A stretch of 64,000 nt of DNA, from the sequence record PP408249.1; one strand, written 5' to 3'. The first letter of the stretch is position 1. Each line of letters opens with the position of its first letter. Of this stretch, positions 17,671 to 27,746 are shown in pieces. Below the pieces are notes generated by a model. The model saw nothing but the letters and a program-made list of their open reading frames with translations. It ran no database searches and was not told the DNA's origin. A program made the translations under genes and the position numbers.

Positions 17671-18858
17671 ATGTTTTTGAAAGACGTTAAAATTACAGAA
17701 TCAAAAAAATTTAAGAAAATAAATTCGATGTTAAAATCGAGTTACGGTGTATCATTATCTGAGTCGGCGTCTGTCGAAGAACTAGAAAAACTCAAAGAAT
17801 CTGTTGTAAAATCAATTATTAATAATAGAATCAATAATATTTCTGCATCGTCACCCGAGCATGCTAAATGCATTTTAATGAAAGAAGGCATTGACACTTT
17901 GTTAGAAATGCATAGATCGGTAGATGGCAGGGTAGATTCGGCATCGTATAATAATGTATTATCTACTCTATTTAAAGATGCAGTAAATTTATTAAAACAA
18001 GGTGATGACATAGACGATGCTATGAGATCCACATTAAATTCGTATCGTTCTAGCTCATACAGATTTAAAGACGACGATATAGCATTAGATTTAAGAGCTA
18101 GATTAGAACATTATTTAAATTCTAACTCAGATGATACTATGTTAACTGATTCGTATGATTGGTCAACTGTATCGCAATCTCAACGAGATGCAGCAAACGA
18201 ATTATTGAAACAAAAAGGAAGTAAATTGGCTGATTTAGAATTAGAGCCATACGGCGACCGAGCAGACTTTGAACGCCATGGTCGTGAAATATACAAACAT
18301 CCCAGCCTAACTAAAGGTATTTCAGTGAAAGAATCTAGAAAATTAAATGAAAACGAAGTAGAACAAGCAGAAGTAGTTATTGCTGCTAAAGGTTTCGGTC
18401 AAGAACTGCAAACTATGGTAGAAAAGTTAGGCAGACTTATGAACGAAGACTTAGGTGCAGTATCTGATCAAATGCGTCAAACTTACGGCGCCGCTACAGC
18501 AAATAGATTCCAGTCAGAATTACTTGCTGATTTCAATAGTATAGTAGACACCTTACGCAGTACAAAAGACCGCATCGATAATGCAGTAGATATGCTTTCT
18601 ACTGGAAGTACATATACCGATATGGATGGAATAGAAACTGCTGGCACTGATGTCGATATGGATGATCAACTAGAAATAGGCGACGATTTAGGACTGGGAA
18701 TAGAGGATAATTTCGGTGCAGCCGACACTGAAGAACCGTTAGGTCGTTCCATGAAAGAATCTAACTCAACAAGAAGTAATAAACTAAAAAAATTATCTGA
18801 AAGTTTAGTTTCATTACAGGCATCTATAGATAAATTGAAATCTTCTAGGAAACAATAA
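17671..18858 (+). CDS. hypothetical (probable head/scaffold-like) protein
   Basis: 395 aa acidic and helical; GATAAATA at 17636. Confidence 0.65.
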   Translation: MFLKDVKITESKKFKKINSMLKSSYGVSLSESASVEELEKLKESVVKSIINNRINNISASSPEHAKCILMKEGIDTLLEMHRSVDGRVDSASYNNVLSTLFKDAVNLLKQGDDIDDAMRSTLNSYRSSSYRFKDDDIALDLRARLEHYLNSNSDDTMLTDSYDWSTVSQSQRDAANELLKQKGSKLADLELEPYGDRADFERHGREIYKHPSLTKGISVKESRKLNENEVEQAEVVIAAKGFGQELQTMVEKLGRLMNEDLGAVSDQMRQTYGAATANRFQSELLADFNSIVDTLRSTKDRIDNAVDMLSTGSTYTDMDGIETAGTDVDMDDQLEIGDDLGLGIEDNFGAADTEEPLGRSMKESNSTRSNKLKKLSESLVSLQASIDKLKSSRKQ

Positions 18859-19173
18859 GTGAAGATTAAAGATATATTAGTCGAATCAGACGAATATGTA
18901 GATAGACTAGAAAGTTCTTTGTTTGATATTATAACGGCAGCAAAAGCTGCCGGTTTGTCCACTATTAGTACAAAAAGGGTAACAGACAAATTAATTTCTA
19001 TGGGTTATTCTGTTACACCTGATCAAGTTGTTTCTCAATTAGAAAATGTACCCGGCATTACTAGTGTAAATGGGCAAGTCATAACAATAGGTAACACAAC
19101 AGATATTACTGACAAAGAAGATGATAAGTTTTCTAAAGAAGTATCTAAATTAGCTATGCAGGATCTAAAATAA
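18859..19173 (+). CDS. hypothetical protein
   Basis: 104 aa, GTG start abutting upstream stop. Confidence 0.65.
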   Translation: MKIKDILVESDEYVDRLESSLFDIITAAKAAGLSTISTKRVTDKLISMGYSVTPDQVVSQLENVPGITSVNGQVITIGNTTDITDKEDDKFSKEVSKLAMQDLK

Positions 19174-19508
19174 TGAGTTGTGGATCTGGATTTATACGTG
19201 CTGAAGATGCAAGGATAATGAGTAGAGATAATAAAACTATCTTTACAGAAATATGCGGAATTCAGCAAGCAATACTAACAGCAATAGACATGAAGCAACT
19301 AAGCGTCTATGTTAAATCGGGTACACCTATAACTAATGACACACCCGATAAAGATTACTATAAAGTATTTATGAAACAAAAAACAGATAGGGCCATCACC
19401 GATCAGTTCGAATTCATAACACAATACTTTACTGATTTGGGATATGTAATCAAACTTCAGTTAAATCCTAACACTCAATCTAGCCTTCAGTGGTATATTA
19501 CTTGGTAA
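19173..19508 (+). CDS. hypothetical protein
   Basis: 111 aa, stop/start overlap. Confidence 0.65.
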   Translation: MSCGSGFIRAEDARIMSRDNKTIFTEICGIQQAILTAIDMKQLSVYVKSGTPITNDTPDKDYYKVFMKQKTDRAITDQFEFITQYFTDLGYVIKLQLNPNTQSSLQWYITW

Positions 19509-19535
19509 TATACCACTAATTTTCATTGTCTGTTC

Positions 19536-19564
19536 TTGACATATTTATAGCCTTATATTATAAT
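19536..19564 (+). promoter_or_regulatory. sigma70 promoter for exonuclease
   Basis: Perfect TTGACA-17-TATAAT, 7 nt before ATG 19572. Confidence 0.85.
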
Positions 19565-19571
19565 ACAGGCT

Positions 19572-20237
19572 ATGTTAATACAAAAATTCAATTATACTTT
19601 TTGCGATCGTGTAGATTCTCCGGCAGGTAGAAAATACAAAACACCAGACGGAAAATTATTGCCTTCTGTTACTACTATATTAGATTTTGTTACCGATAAG
19701 TCATTTCTAACTGATTGGCGTGAAAGGGAAGGTGAAGAAAACGCAGCTAAAATAACAGAGTCGTCTTCATACACCGGAACGCATTTGCACCAAAACTTAG
19801 AAAATTTTCTTAACGGTAGTTCCGAAATTAACGGAAATCCTATGGCTAAAATGATGTTTGGTTTAATTAAACAGAATGGACTGAAACATCTTTCAGAAGC
19901 ATGGGGTACTGAAGTCCCATTATATTATCCTGAATTATATGCAGGTACTACAGACTTGGTCGGTGTATATAAGGATAAAGAATCAATAATAGATTTTAAA
20001 AATGCAAGAAATGTTAGGAAAAAAGAATGGATTGAAAATTATTTTAAGCAATTAGTTGCATATGCAGAAGCTCACAACATCATGTATGGAACTAATATAA
20101 CTACTGGTGTTATACTTATGGCAACACAAACAGGAATGTTTCAGGAATTTATTATAGAAGCAGATGAATATTCTGAATATAAGAATATGTGGTTTGATGA
20201 TGTTATGAGATATTATACTGAAGTAGTATTGGCATAA
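19572..20237 (+). CDS. PD-(D/E)xK exonuclease (Cas4/RecB-like phage exonuclease)
   Basis: LPSVTTIL, GTHLH, TEVPL, AGTTDLV, IIDFK, QLVAYA. Confidence 0.85.
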   Translation: MLIQKFNYTFCDRVDSPAGRKYKTPDGKLLPSVTTILDFVTDKSFLTDWREREGEENAAKITESSSYTGTHLHQNLENFLNGSSEINGNPMAKMMFGLIKQNGLKHLSEAWGTEVPLYYPELYAGTTDLVGVYKDKESIIDFKNARNVRKKEWIENYFKQLVAYAEAHNIMYGTNITTGVILMATQTGMFQEFIIEADEYSEYKNMWFDDVMRYYTEVVLA

Positions 20238-20268
20238 ATATAATACAAAATAAAATGGAATTTTTAGC

Positions 20269-21468
20269 ATGGCCGATCCGTATTTAACACAAGATATAAT
20301 AGTAGCACGAATAGAAAACAGAAGAGGTCGTCGTGTTAACTTGCCGCAACCACTAAGACCGGGAGAACTCGGTTGGTGTATGGATACTAAGCAATTATTT
20401 ATTGGCGTGTCTGACGAAGATGCAGTAGCAGCCGTTGAATTGTTTAGGGGAGAACCTCTTGGATCCCAAGATTTAGTTAACCAAACATTATTACACAATA
20501 TTTTTACTTTTGTATCGGAGCCAACTACATTAACTGATGCTGAAAAGCAAAATCTAGCAGAATTGGCTAAATTCCCGCAGCTATACTATGTTTCTGATAC
20601 TAACAGAGAAAGCATTAATGAATACGAACGAAATATAGAGATTATTCGTAGTGTTAAGACGTCTGTACTTCAGTCAACAGGTAGCGCCTCTGATATTAGA
20701 TATACATTGATGTATTCGTGGACTATTGATTCCTCTGATCAGTATACGTTTAAATTTTTTGCAGGATGCCAACCGCCCGATTCGTTTAATCTGACAACTA
20801 TAGCTAACAATTCGTATATTATAGATAACACTGTAAACTCTGCATACAATAACGGTATAGTAATGGACGCAGGGATATTATTTACTGATACTGTATACGA
20901 ATCTGCTAGTTTAAGTGTATTAATAAATGAATATATTACTACAGACAGTGACAAAGCATATGTAACTACAAAACAGAACGTAGAAATACTAACAGAATAC
21001 TTTAAAACTACTAGTAGTACAGATGTAATAGTAAATAGTCCTATAACATACGAATTAGAGCCTTCTAATTCGTTTACTTTAGTAAAAACTATAGATATAA
21101 TAAACGGCGGTAACTACGAAACTAGTCCAATGACGTTTGATGGTTCGGTATCTGATACATTTAATATAGATTATTCTATAAGTTTTGATGACATGCAAGG
21201 TCCAGTTATGGGCAGCGATGGCAGGTTTGTTCAAACCGGAACATTAAATATTATTTTATCTAAGGGATCAGAAACTGTAGTTGTTTCGGATACATCTGTT
21301 GAGCACAGATCTTCGGTGGGATACGACGCTGATGTAGATTTTAGTGGAGAATATGTAGCACCTAACACAGTAAATATAACATACAGGCATAATTTTCCGT
21401 CGAGGGTACTTCTTAAATTAACTACAAAGCGTTGGATTTCGTGGGATAACGAATCAGTTCAGAATTAA
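20269..21468 (+). CDS. virion/tail-associated protein (Mtd N-terminal-like)
   Basis: PLRPGELGWCMDTKQLFIG motif of tail proteins; CATAAATA at 20233. Confidence 0.6.
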   Translation: MADPYLTQDIIVARIENRRGRRVNLPQPLRPGELGWCMDTKQLFIGVSDEDAVAAVELFRGEPLGSQDLVNQTLLHNIFTFVSEPTTLTDAEKQNLAELAKFPQLYYVSDTNRESINEYERNIEIIRSVKTSVLQSTGSASDIRYTLMYSWTIDSSDQYTFKFFAGCQPPDSFNLTTIANNSYIIDNTVNSAYNNGIVMDAGILFTDTVYESASLSVLINEYITTDSDKAYVTTKQNVEILTEYFKTTSSTDVIVNSPITYELEPSNSFTLVKTIDIINGGNYETSPMTFDGSVSDTFNIDYSISFDDMQGPVMGSDGRFVQTGTLNIILSKGSETVVVSDTSVEHRSSVGYDADVDFSGEYVAPNTVNITYRHNFPSRVLLKLTTKRWISWDNESVQN

Positions 21469-21484
21469 CAAATAGAAATAATAA

Positions 21485-21919
21485 ATGACAGATTGGAATA
21501 ATCTCCGGGCAGATAAACGGATTGCTGCCTGGAGACAGCATAGACTCTCCTTAAAAACTCTACCCATTAATCAAGCATTACTAGAAATTGCAAACTTTTT
21601 TGCAGATATGCCATTGGGCCCTAGAACTATTGATTTTTATAATCCTAATACTTGGCCAGACCCGTGGGACATTCTTGCTGATATTAAATTTTGTGAAAAT
21701 TCTATATCATTAATGATGTACTACACTGTTATTTCTGTATTCCCTGATGCAAATATTAAAATGTATGTCATAGATGATACAGAACAAAGATTTATGGTAC
21801 CTGTTGTGGATGGTATGGTATTAAATTATTATCCAAGAGATGTAATAGAATTAAATAATCTAACAAATATAGCTGTAATAGATATTTACAGTAAAGAACA
21901 CATAAGAGAACTAAACTAA
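21485..21919 (+). CDS. hypothetical protein, possible transglutaminase-like (BTLCP) fold
   Basis: WPDPWDIL...FCENSISLMMYYTV resembles WxTPxE...GDCEDYAIAKYxxL. Confidence 0.4.
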   Translation: MTDWNNLRADKRIAAWRQHRLSLKTLPINQALLEIANFFADMPLGPRTIDFYNPNTWPDPWDILADIKFCENSISLMMYYTVISVFPDANIKMYVIDDTEQRFMVPVVDGMVLNYYPRDVIELNNLTNIAVIDIYSKEHIRELN

Positions 21920-21927
21920 GGAAATAT

Positions 21928-24213
21928 ATGAAAGGGATTTTTGTTATTAAACGTGACGGTACCAAAGAAGAATTTGATCCAGAAAAAATTCATAAAATTT
22001 TATATTGGGCAACCGAGGGTCTAACAGGTGTATCTGTGTCTCATTTAGAAATGAAGGCACAATTGCAATTATACCCCGGCATCACAACTGATACTATTCA
22101 TGAAATTTTAATTGCTGCTGCACATGAATTAATTTCTGAAGAAAGTCCTAATTACCAATGGGTTGCAGCAAGGCTTCGACTGTTTCAAATTAGAAAAGAA
22201 GCATTAGGTCAGTATGATACCATTCCTGTTTATGATTTAGTACAAAGAAATATCAAATTAGGATATTATACAAAAGAGTTGTTAGATTGGTATACAAAGG
22301 AAGAATGGGATCATTTCGATAATGTAATAGATCATTCGAGGGATTTTAACCATGCCTATGCAGGTATGGAACAATTTCGTGGAAAATATTTAGTTCAAGA
22401 TAGAGTTACTAAGAAAGTATTTGAAACCCCTCAATACCTAAATCTTTTAGTTGCAGCAACTATGTTCCATAAATATACAGGAAAAGAACGAGTTGCTATA
22501 GTAAAAGAATGTTATGATTTATTAAGTACTGGTGTAATTTCCTTGCCAACACCCATTATGGCAGGTCTTAGAACCTCTGTAAAACAATTTAGTTCATGTG
22601 TATTAATCGAAACTGATGATAGCTTAGATTCTATAAATGCTACAACTAGTTCTATTGTTAAATATATTAGTCAAAAGGCAGGGATAGGCATACACGGCGG
22701 TCATATACGTGCATTAGGGGCAAAGATAAGAAATGGTGATACAAAACATACTGGCGTAACTCCGTTTTATAGAATGTTCCAGGCTGCTGTTAAATCTTGT
22801 TCTCAAGGCGGCGTGCGAGGCGGCGCCGCTACACTTTCTGCTCCCTATTGGCATCTAGAAATTGAAACAATTCTTAATCTTAAAAATAATAAAGGAACTG
22901 AAGAGAATTCAGTCAGACACATGGATTATTGCATACTGTTTAACAGATTTGCATATTCTAGATTGTTAGAAAATGGTAATATAACATTATTCAGTCCGAA
23001 CGAAGTGCCTGATTTACAAAAAGCGTTTTATGATGATCAAAAAGAATTTGAACGTCTTTATGTAAAATACGAAAATACTAAGGGAATTATTAAGCATACT
23101 ATTAGTGCTGAAGAACTATTTGATAAGTTTATAACAGAACGAAAAGAAACTGGCCGTATATATTTAATGAATATTGATCATGCAAATGATCATGGTGCAT
23201 TTATTCCCGAATTTGCACCGATTAAAATGACAAATTTGTGTACCGAAATTACACTTGCAACTAAACCTCTTAAACATGTATATGATGAAGAAGGTGAAAT
23301 AGCGTTATGTACACTTGCAGCAATTAATTTAGGTTTAGTTAAGAAAAAAGAAGATTTGCAACGACCTGCCGAAATATTAGTGAGAGGTTTAAACGAGTTA
23401 CTAGATTATCAAAATTATCCGATTCCTGCCGCAAAAAATTCTACACTTAAATATCGTCCTTTGGGAATAGGAGTTATTAATCTTGCATATTGGTTAGCTA
23501 AAAATAATTTCAAATATACTGATAACAGCGGATTAGAAGCATGGGATGAGCTGATGGAAGCATTCCAGTATTATTTAATTAAAGCTAGTTCAGATATAGC
23601 AAAAGAAAAAAATGCTACAATACCGGGATGGGATAATATAAAATATAGCAGGAATATTTTCCCTATAGATACTTATAAAACAAGTGTAGACCAATTAGTT
23701 AAAAATGTACAAAGAATGCCATGGGATGAACTGAGAGAACAAGTGGCACAGTATGGCATGTATAATAGTAATCTATCTAGTTTTATGCCATCAGAGACAT
23801 CTGCGCAAATAAGTAATGCAACTAATGGTATAGAACCGCCTAGAGCATTTATTAGTGTAAAAGGATCGGGCGAAGGTAGACTTAAACAAGTGGTACCTGG
23901 ATTCCCTAAACTAAAGAATAGATACGAACTTTTATGGGATATGAAGAGTTGTACTGGTTATTTAAATCTAGTAGCAGTTGCACAGAAATATCTAGATCAG
24001 GCAATTTCTACAAATACATTTTATAATCCAGAACACTACGAGAATGATGAAATTCCGAAATCAGTAATGATCAAAGATCTGCTATATGCATATAAAATGG
24101 GTTTAAAAACACTTTATTACCATAATACATACGATGGTCAAACAGACGACGTAGAGGCTGATATTTCATCTGCTATTGCTGACGAAGAAGATTGCGATTC
24201 TTGCAAAATATAA
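21928..24213 (+). CDS. nrdA: class Ia ribonucleotide reductase alpha subunit
   Basis: ATP cone (VIKRDG), PTPIMAG, FSSCVL, SQGGVRGGA, TNLCTEI, KTLYY, C-terminal CDSC. Confidence 0.97.
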   Translation: MKGIFVIKRDGTKEEFDPEKIHKILYWATEGLTGVSVSHLEMKAQLQLYPGITTDTIHEILIAAAHELISEESPNYQWVAARLRLFQIRKEALGQYDTIPVYDLVQRNIKLGYYTKELLDWYTKEEWDHFDNVIDHSRDFNHAYAGMEQFRGKYLVQDRVTKKVFETPQYLNLLVAATMFHKYTGKERVAIVKECYDLLSTGVISLPTPIMAGLRTSVKQFSSCVLIETDDSLDSINATTSSIVKYISQKAGIGIHGGHIRALGAKIRNGDTKHTGVTPFYRMFQAAVKSCSQGGVRGGAATLSAPYWHLEIETILNLKNNKGTEENSVRHMDYCILFNRFAYSRLLENGNITLFSPNEVPDLQKAFYDDQKEFERLYVKYENTKGIIKHTISAEELFDKFITERKETGRIYLMNIDHANDHGAFIPEFAPIKMTNLCTEITLATKPLKHVYDEEGEIALCTLAAINLGLVKKKEDLQRPAEILVRGLNELLDYQNYPIPAAKNSTLKYRPLGIGVINLAYWLAKNNFKYTDNSGLEAWDELMEAFQYYLIKASSDIAKEKNATIPGWDNIKYSRNIFPIDTYKTSVDQLVKNVQRMPWDELREQVAQYGMYNSNLSSFMPSETSAQISNATNGIEPPRAFISVKGSGEGRLKQVVPGFPKLKNRYELLWDMKSCTGYLNLVAVAQKYLDQAISTNTFYNPEHYENDEIPKSVMIKDLLYAYKMGLKTLYYHNTYDGQTDDVEADISSAIADEEDCDSCKI

Positions 24214-24218
24214 TATAA

Positions 24219-24239
24219 AAAGGGAACATTGTTCCCTTT
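24219..24239 (+). terminator. intergenic hairpin/terminator between nrdA and nrdB
   Basis: AAAGGGAACA-T-TGTTCCCTTT. Confidence 0.55.
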
Positions 24240-24266
24240 ATTACACACAATATAAGGATAACATAC

Positions 24267-25406
24267 ATGAAATTTAAAACATTTGAACCAGAACAGTTTG
24301 ATGCTACTAAAGAAGCTATGTTCTTCGGTCGGCCAATAAACGTATCTAGGTTTGATAGACAAAAATATTCATTTTTCGAAAAGCAAACCAGAAAACAGAT
24401 AGGTTTCTTCTGGGTACCAGAAGAAATAGCAATGGATCAAGATAAAGATGATTTTCATCGCAAATTAGACGCAGCCGGTAAACATATTTTTACATCAAAT
24501 CTCAGTTATCAGATTTTACTAGATTCTGTTCAGGGTAGAGCACCTAATATTGCACTTACTCCGTTTGTGTCTATTCCGGAATTAGAAGGATTTATTCTTG
24601 CATGGACTTTTATGGAAAGTATACATTCGAGAAGTTATTCTCACTTAATTAGGAATGTGTACCATGATCCAAAAGATGTGTTAGATAATGTAGTAAAAAT
24701 AGAACCTATCATCGAACGTGCCAGCGCAGTTACAAAATACTATGACGAGTTTATAGAATATGGTAATTGGTACAATATGCTAGGATATGGTAATCATATT
24801 GTAAACGGTAAAGAGATAGATATAAATCCGAAAAAACTAATGACATTATTCTATAAAATGATGGTAGCTATAAACATACTAGAAGGTGTCAGATTTTATG
24901 TTTCGTTTGCATGTACATGGGCATATAGTGAATCGTTAAAATTAATGAATAAATCTGCAAAAATAATTAAAATGATTTGCAGAGACGAAAACGTACACTT
25001 GGCAGTTACTACTACTATTCTTAAAAAGTTTGCAGATGGCTCAGAAGGCGAAGCATGGAAACAAATTGCAGAAAATTGCAAAGATGAGGTTTATGCTATG
25101 TATGAAGAAGCTGTTCAACAAGAACGTGAATGGGCAGATTATTTGTTTAAAGATGGTTCTATCGTAGGTTTATCGTCTGCCATACTAAAACAGTATGTTG
25201 AGTTTATTGCAGATAGACGTTTGCATGCATTAGGTATGCAAAAAATATACAAACATGCTAGTAATCCACTTCCGTGGACAGAGCATTGGATTGGTTCTAA
25301 AACAACCCAAGTAGCGCCACAAGAAGAGGAAATTACTTCGTATACTCAGGGCGGAGTAAAAAATGATATTTCTGAAATTTATAATACAGGATTTAGTTTA
25401 GACTAA
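24267..25406 (+). CDS. nrdB: class Ia ribonucleotide reductase beta subunit
   Basis: FFWVPEE, LDSVQ, ESIHSRSY (radical Tyr), LEGVRFYVSF, RDENVH, APQEEE. Confidence 0.97.
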   Translation: MKFKTFEPEQFDATKEAMFFGRPINVSRFDRQKYSFFEKQTRKQIGFFWVPEEIAMDQDKDDFHRKLDAAGKHIFTSNLSYQILLDSVQGRAPNIALTPFVSIPELEGFILAWTFMESIHSRSYSHLIRNVYHDPKDVLDNVVKIEPIIERASAVTKYYDEFIEYGNWYNMLGYGNHIVNGKEIDINPKKLMTLFYKMMVAINILEGVRFYVSFACTWAYSESLKLMNKSAKIIKMICRDENVHLAVTTTILKKFADGSEGEAWKQIAENCKDEVYAMYEEAVQQEREWADYLFKDGSIVGLSSAILKQYVEFIADRRLHALGMQKIYKHASNPLPWTEHWIGSKTTQVAPQEEEITSYTQGGVKNDISEIYNTGFSLD

Positions 25407-25430
25407 ATAAATTAAAATACAGGAGTTCAT

Positions 25431-26453
25431 ATGCCAGAAGCAGTAAGATTGGGGGATATATGTAGCGGTCATCAAATTGGATATCCACCGCGCCCGAATG
25501 TTCAGGGTAGTCCTAATGTATTCGTGAATAATTTACCAGAACACCGAGTAACAGATAAGTGGGATGTGCATTGCAGTCCCGCCGGGTCCTGTCATAATAG
25601 TACGATGGCAGTAGGATCCCCTAACGTCTGGGTAAATAATCTTCCTGCTGCTAGGCTAGGCGATTTAGTCGGTTGTACTTCGTTGGCAGCTCAGGGTAGT
25701 CCTAACGTTTTTATTAATAACGGCAACACTGATCCTATAATAGTAGATGATGTAATATTACCTAAAGACCAGAATGAATATATCAACGCAGTGGGAATTC
25801 TTCCTTGCGGTCCTCTAGATTATCAGGAAGGCGATCCTATTGCAGACGAATATGAAACAAATTCAGGGGGAGGACATTATCCTCCCCTGCCCCAAACAAC
25901 ACCGCCGCCGCCCATATCTAAACCTCCTGTAGATGAAAATAATAATATTCCCCCGGCGCGTCCGCCGATACCCACGGAATGTCCGGTCATAACAGGTAGC
26001 ATAGATTATTCTATTAGATTAAGTCCTAATTTTACAATAGGGGATTTATCTATAAAAGCCACATTTCCTCATGCTATAAAAGCACAACGTGGTCTAACTG
26101 TAAATGAAATAGTATGTAATCTTAAAAGTTTAGCAGAGCATTGCTTAGAACCTATTATAGCACAATATCCGGGAGCTAGAATAAATTCCGGTTTCAGGAA
26201 TGTACAAAACGGCAAGTCTGATCACGAAAAGGGTTTTGCTGCCGATTTACAATGGCCAGGAAAGTCGTATGATCAATTATGGCAAATGGTTTTGTGGGTA
26301 AAAGATAATGTCCCGTACAAACAACTTATATGGGAGCATGGCAACATGCCTTGGATACACATTGCATACGCAAGGACCGGCGAAACGTCTGCTACTAGGG
26401 TAATGACTATGTATCAGAATCAATATAGTCCCGGATTAAAGAAAATGCGTTAA
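25431..26453 (+). CDS. PAAR spike-tip protein fused to M15 metallopeptidase
   Basis: N-terminal RLGD..SGH / PAARLGD PAAR repeats; Pro-rich linker; C-terminal NSGFR, SDHEKGFAAD, WIHI. Confidence 0.85.
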   Translation: MPEAVRLGDICSGHQIGYPPRPNVQGSPNVFVNNLPEHRVTDKWDVHCSPAGSCHNSTMAVGSPNVWVNNLPAARLGDLVGCTSLAAQGSPNVFINNGNTDPIIVDDVILPKDQNEYINAVGILPCGPLDYQEGDPIADEYETNSGGGHYPPLPQTTPPPPISKPPVDENNNIPPARPPIPTECPVITGSIDYSIRLSPNFTIGDLSIKATFPHAIKAQRGLTVNEIVCNLKSLAEHCLEPIIAQYPGARINSGFRNVQNGKSDHEKGFAADLQWPGKSYDQLWQMVLWVKDNVPYKQLIWEHGNMPWIHIAYARTGETSATRVMTMYQNQYSPGLKKMR

Positions 26454-26494
26454 CTAAATACATTAACTAGACACAAACACACAAGGAGAAAAAA

Positions 26495-26719
26495 ATGTCT
26501 GCTAGTAAAACACCGTACGAAATTAGACTTAATATTTTAGAACTTGCTTATAAAATCGTAAGAGATAAAAAACAAGCAGATTATATAAGTAAAAGCATAC
26601 ATTCATCTGGCAGTGTTGTCATAACAGAATGTATAGACATTTCGGCAGATGAAGTAATAGAAGTAGCAAAAAAGCTTAATTCGTTTATTTCTACATCTGA
26701 AAAGAGACTAAATGGTTAA
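26495..26719 (+). CDS. hypothetical protein
   Basis: AAGGAG SD; ACTAAATA at 26453; PYEIRL motif. Confidence 0.7.
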   Translation: MSASKTPYEIRLNILELAYKIVRDKKQADYISKSIHSSGSVVITECIDISADEVIEVAKKLNSFISTSEKRLNG

Positions 26720-26927
26720 AATCCAAATACCTATACTAGATGAAAATAAACGCGACATGATGTTGTGGTGTTCTGAGAACGTTAGTCCTGCAGATTATTA
26801 TATCATGTCGTCGTATGATAGTGAAAATTACAGAATATGTATTACTTTTGCGTTCTTTGAAGAAAGTGATGCACTTATGTTTATGTTATACTTTTCTATC
26901 CCTGACAGTAATATTTATAGACATTGA
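26712..26927 (+). CDS. small protein of repeated W..EN..F.F..DA..F.L family
   Basis: WCSEN...FAFFEESDALMFMLYF. Confidence 0.6.
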   Translation: MVKIQIPILDENKRDMMLWCSENVSPADYYIMSSYDSENYRICITFAFFEESDALMFMLYFSIPDSNIYRH

Positions 26928-26952
26928 CTTGCTACTACAACAGTTGTATAAT
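26924..26952 (+). promoter_or_regulatory. sigma70 promoter
   Basis: TTGACT-17-TATAAT upstream of 26985. Confidence 0.75.
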
Positions 26953-26984
26953 GTAACTATATTAGTACAACTGGATGAATAAAC

Positions 26985-27746
26985 ATGAACTTAGCACACT
27001 GTACTTCAGGCTATTCGAAAATGCTAGTTATTAGTGATATTCATTCGGCAGCTGACAAACTAAAACAAGCGTTAGACTATGCAACTAAACATGACATGTT
27101 TGTTGTATTTCTCGGCGATTTAGTCGACGGTGTAGTTAATGCAAAACCTATGGAAACTCTATTAATGGTAAAATCGGTAATAGAGAGTAACTGCGGTGCA
27201 TTAATTATAGGAAATCATGATGACAAATTCTATCGCTGGGCGCAAGGCAACGAAGTTGTGTTGGGTAACCAACAGCAATCTACATTAGAAAGCATAGGCG
27301 ATTATTTAATTTCTGAATTTTCCGATTGCATAACAGACATTATAACCAATTGCAATGCATACTACTATGCATATTTAAACAATTGGTTATTTGCTCACGG
27401 TGCAGTAGCAGAATCAATGTGGGATTATCCTGTAGCAGTATCGAAGTACGAGAGGTATATGTTACTGTACGGTCAAACCAATGGTCAACGTGATAATACA
27501 GGCTTTCCCGTTAGACTTTATAGTTGGACGGATTATGTCCCTTCGGGTAAATGGTGTATAGTAGGACACGATAGAGCACCTTTTCACGGAAAGAAAATAA
27601 CACACCCCGTAATACATGTAAACAATAATAAAGGTAGGACTATCTTTATGGACACGTCGTGCGGGAAAATACCGGAAGGTAAGCTTAGTTGTGCAATATT
27701 GGATATACAATCTGTTATTAGATTAGAGAAATTTATAGCAATATGA
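26985..27746 (+). CDS. calcineurin-like metallophosphoesterase
   Basis: SDIH, GDLVD, GNHD, AHG, GH motifs. Confidence 0.85.
   Translation: MNLAHCTSGYSKMLVISDIHSAADKLKQALDYATKHDMFVVFLGDLVDGVVNAKPMETLLMVKSVIESNCGALIIGNHDDKFYRWAQGNEVVLGNQQQSTLESIGDYLISEFSDCITDIITNCNAYYYAYLNNWLFAHGAVAESMWDYPVAVSKYERYMLLYGQTNGQRDNTGFPVRLYSWTDYVPSGKWCIVGHDRAPFHGKKITHPVIHVNNNKGRTIFMDTSCGKIPEGKLSCAILDIQSVIRLEKFIAI

Noticed and set aside
8244-25406. Inteins or group I introns in helicase, nrdA, nrdB
   Set aside because: Proteins are of normal length with contiguous motifs
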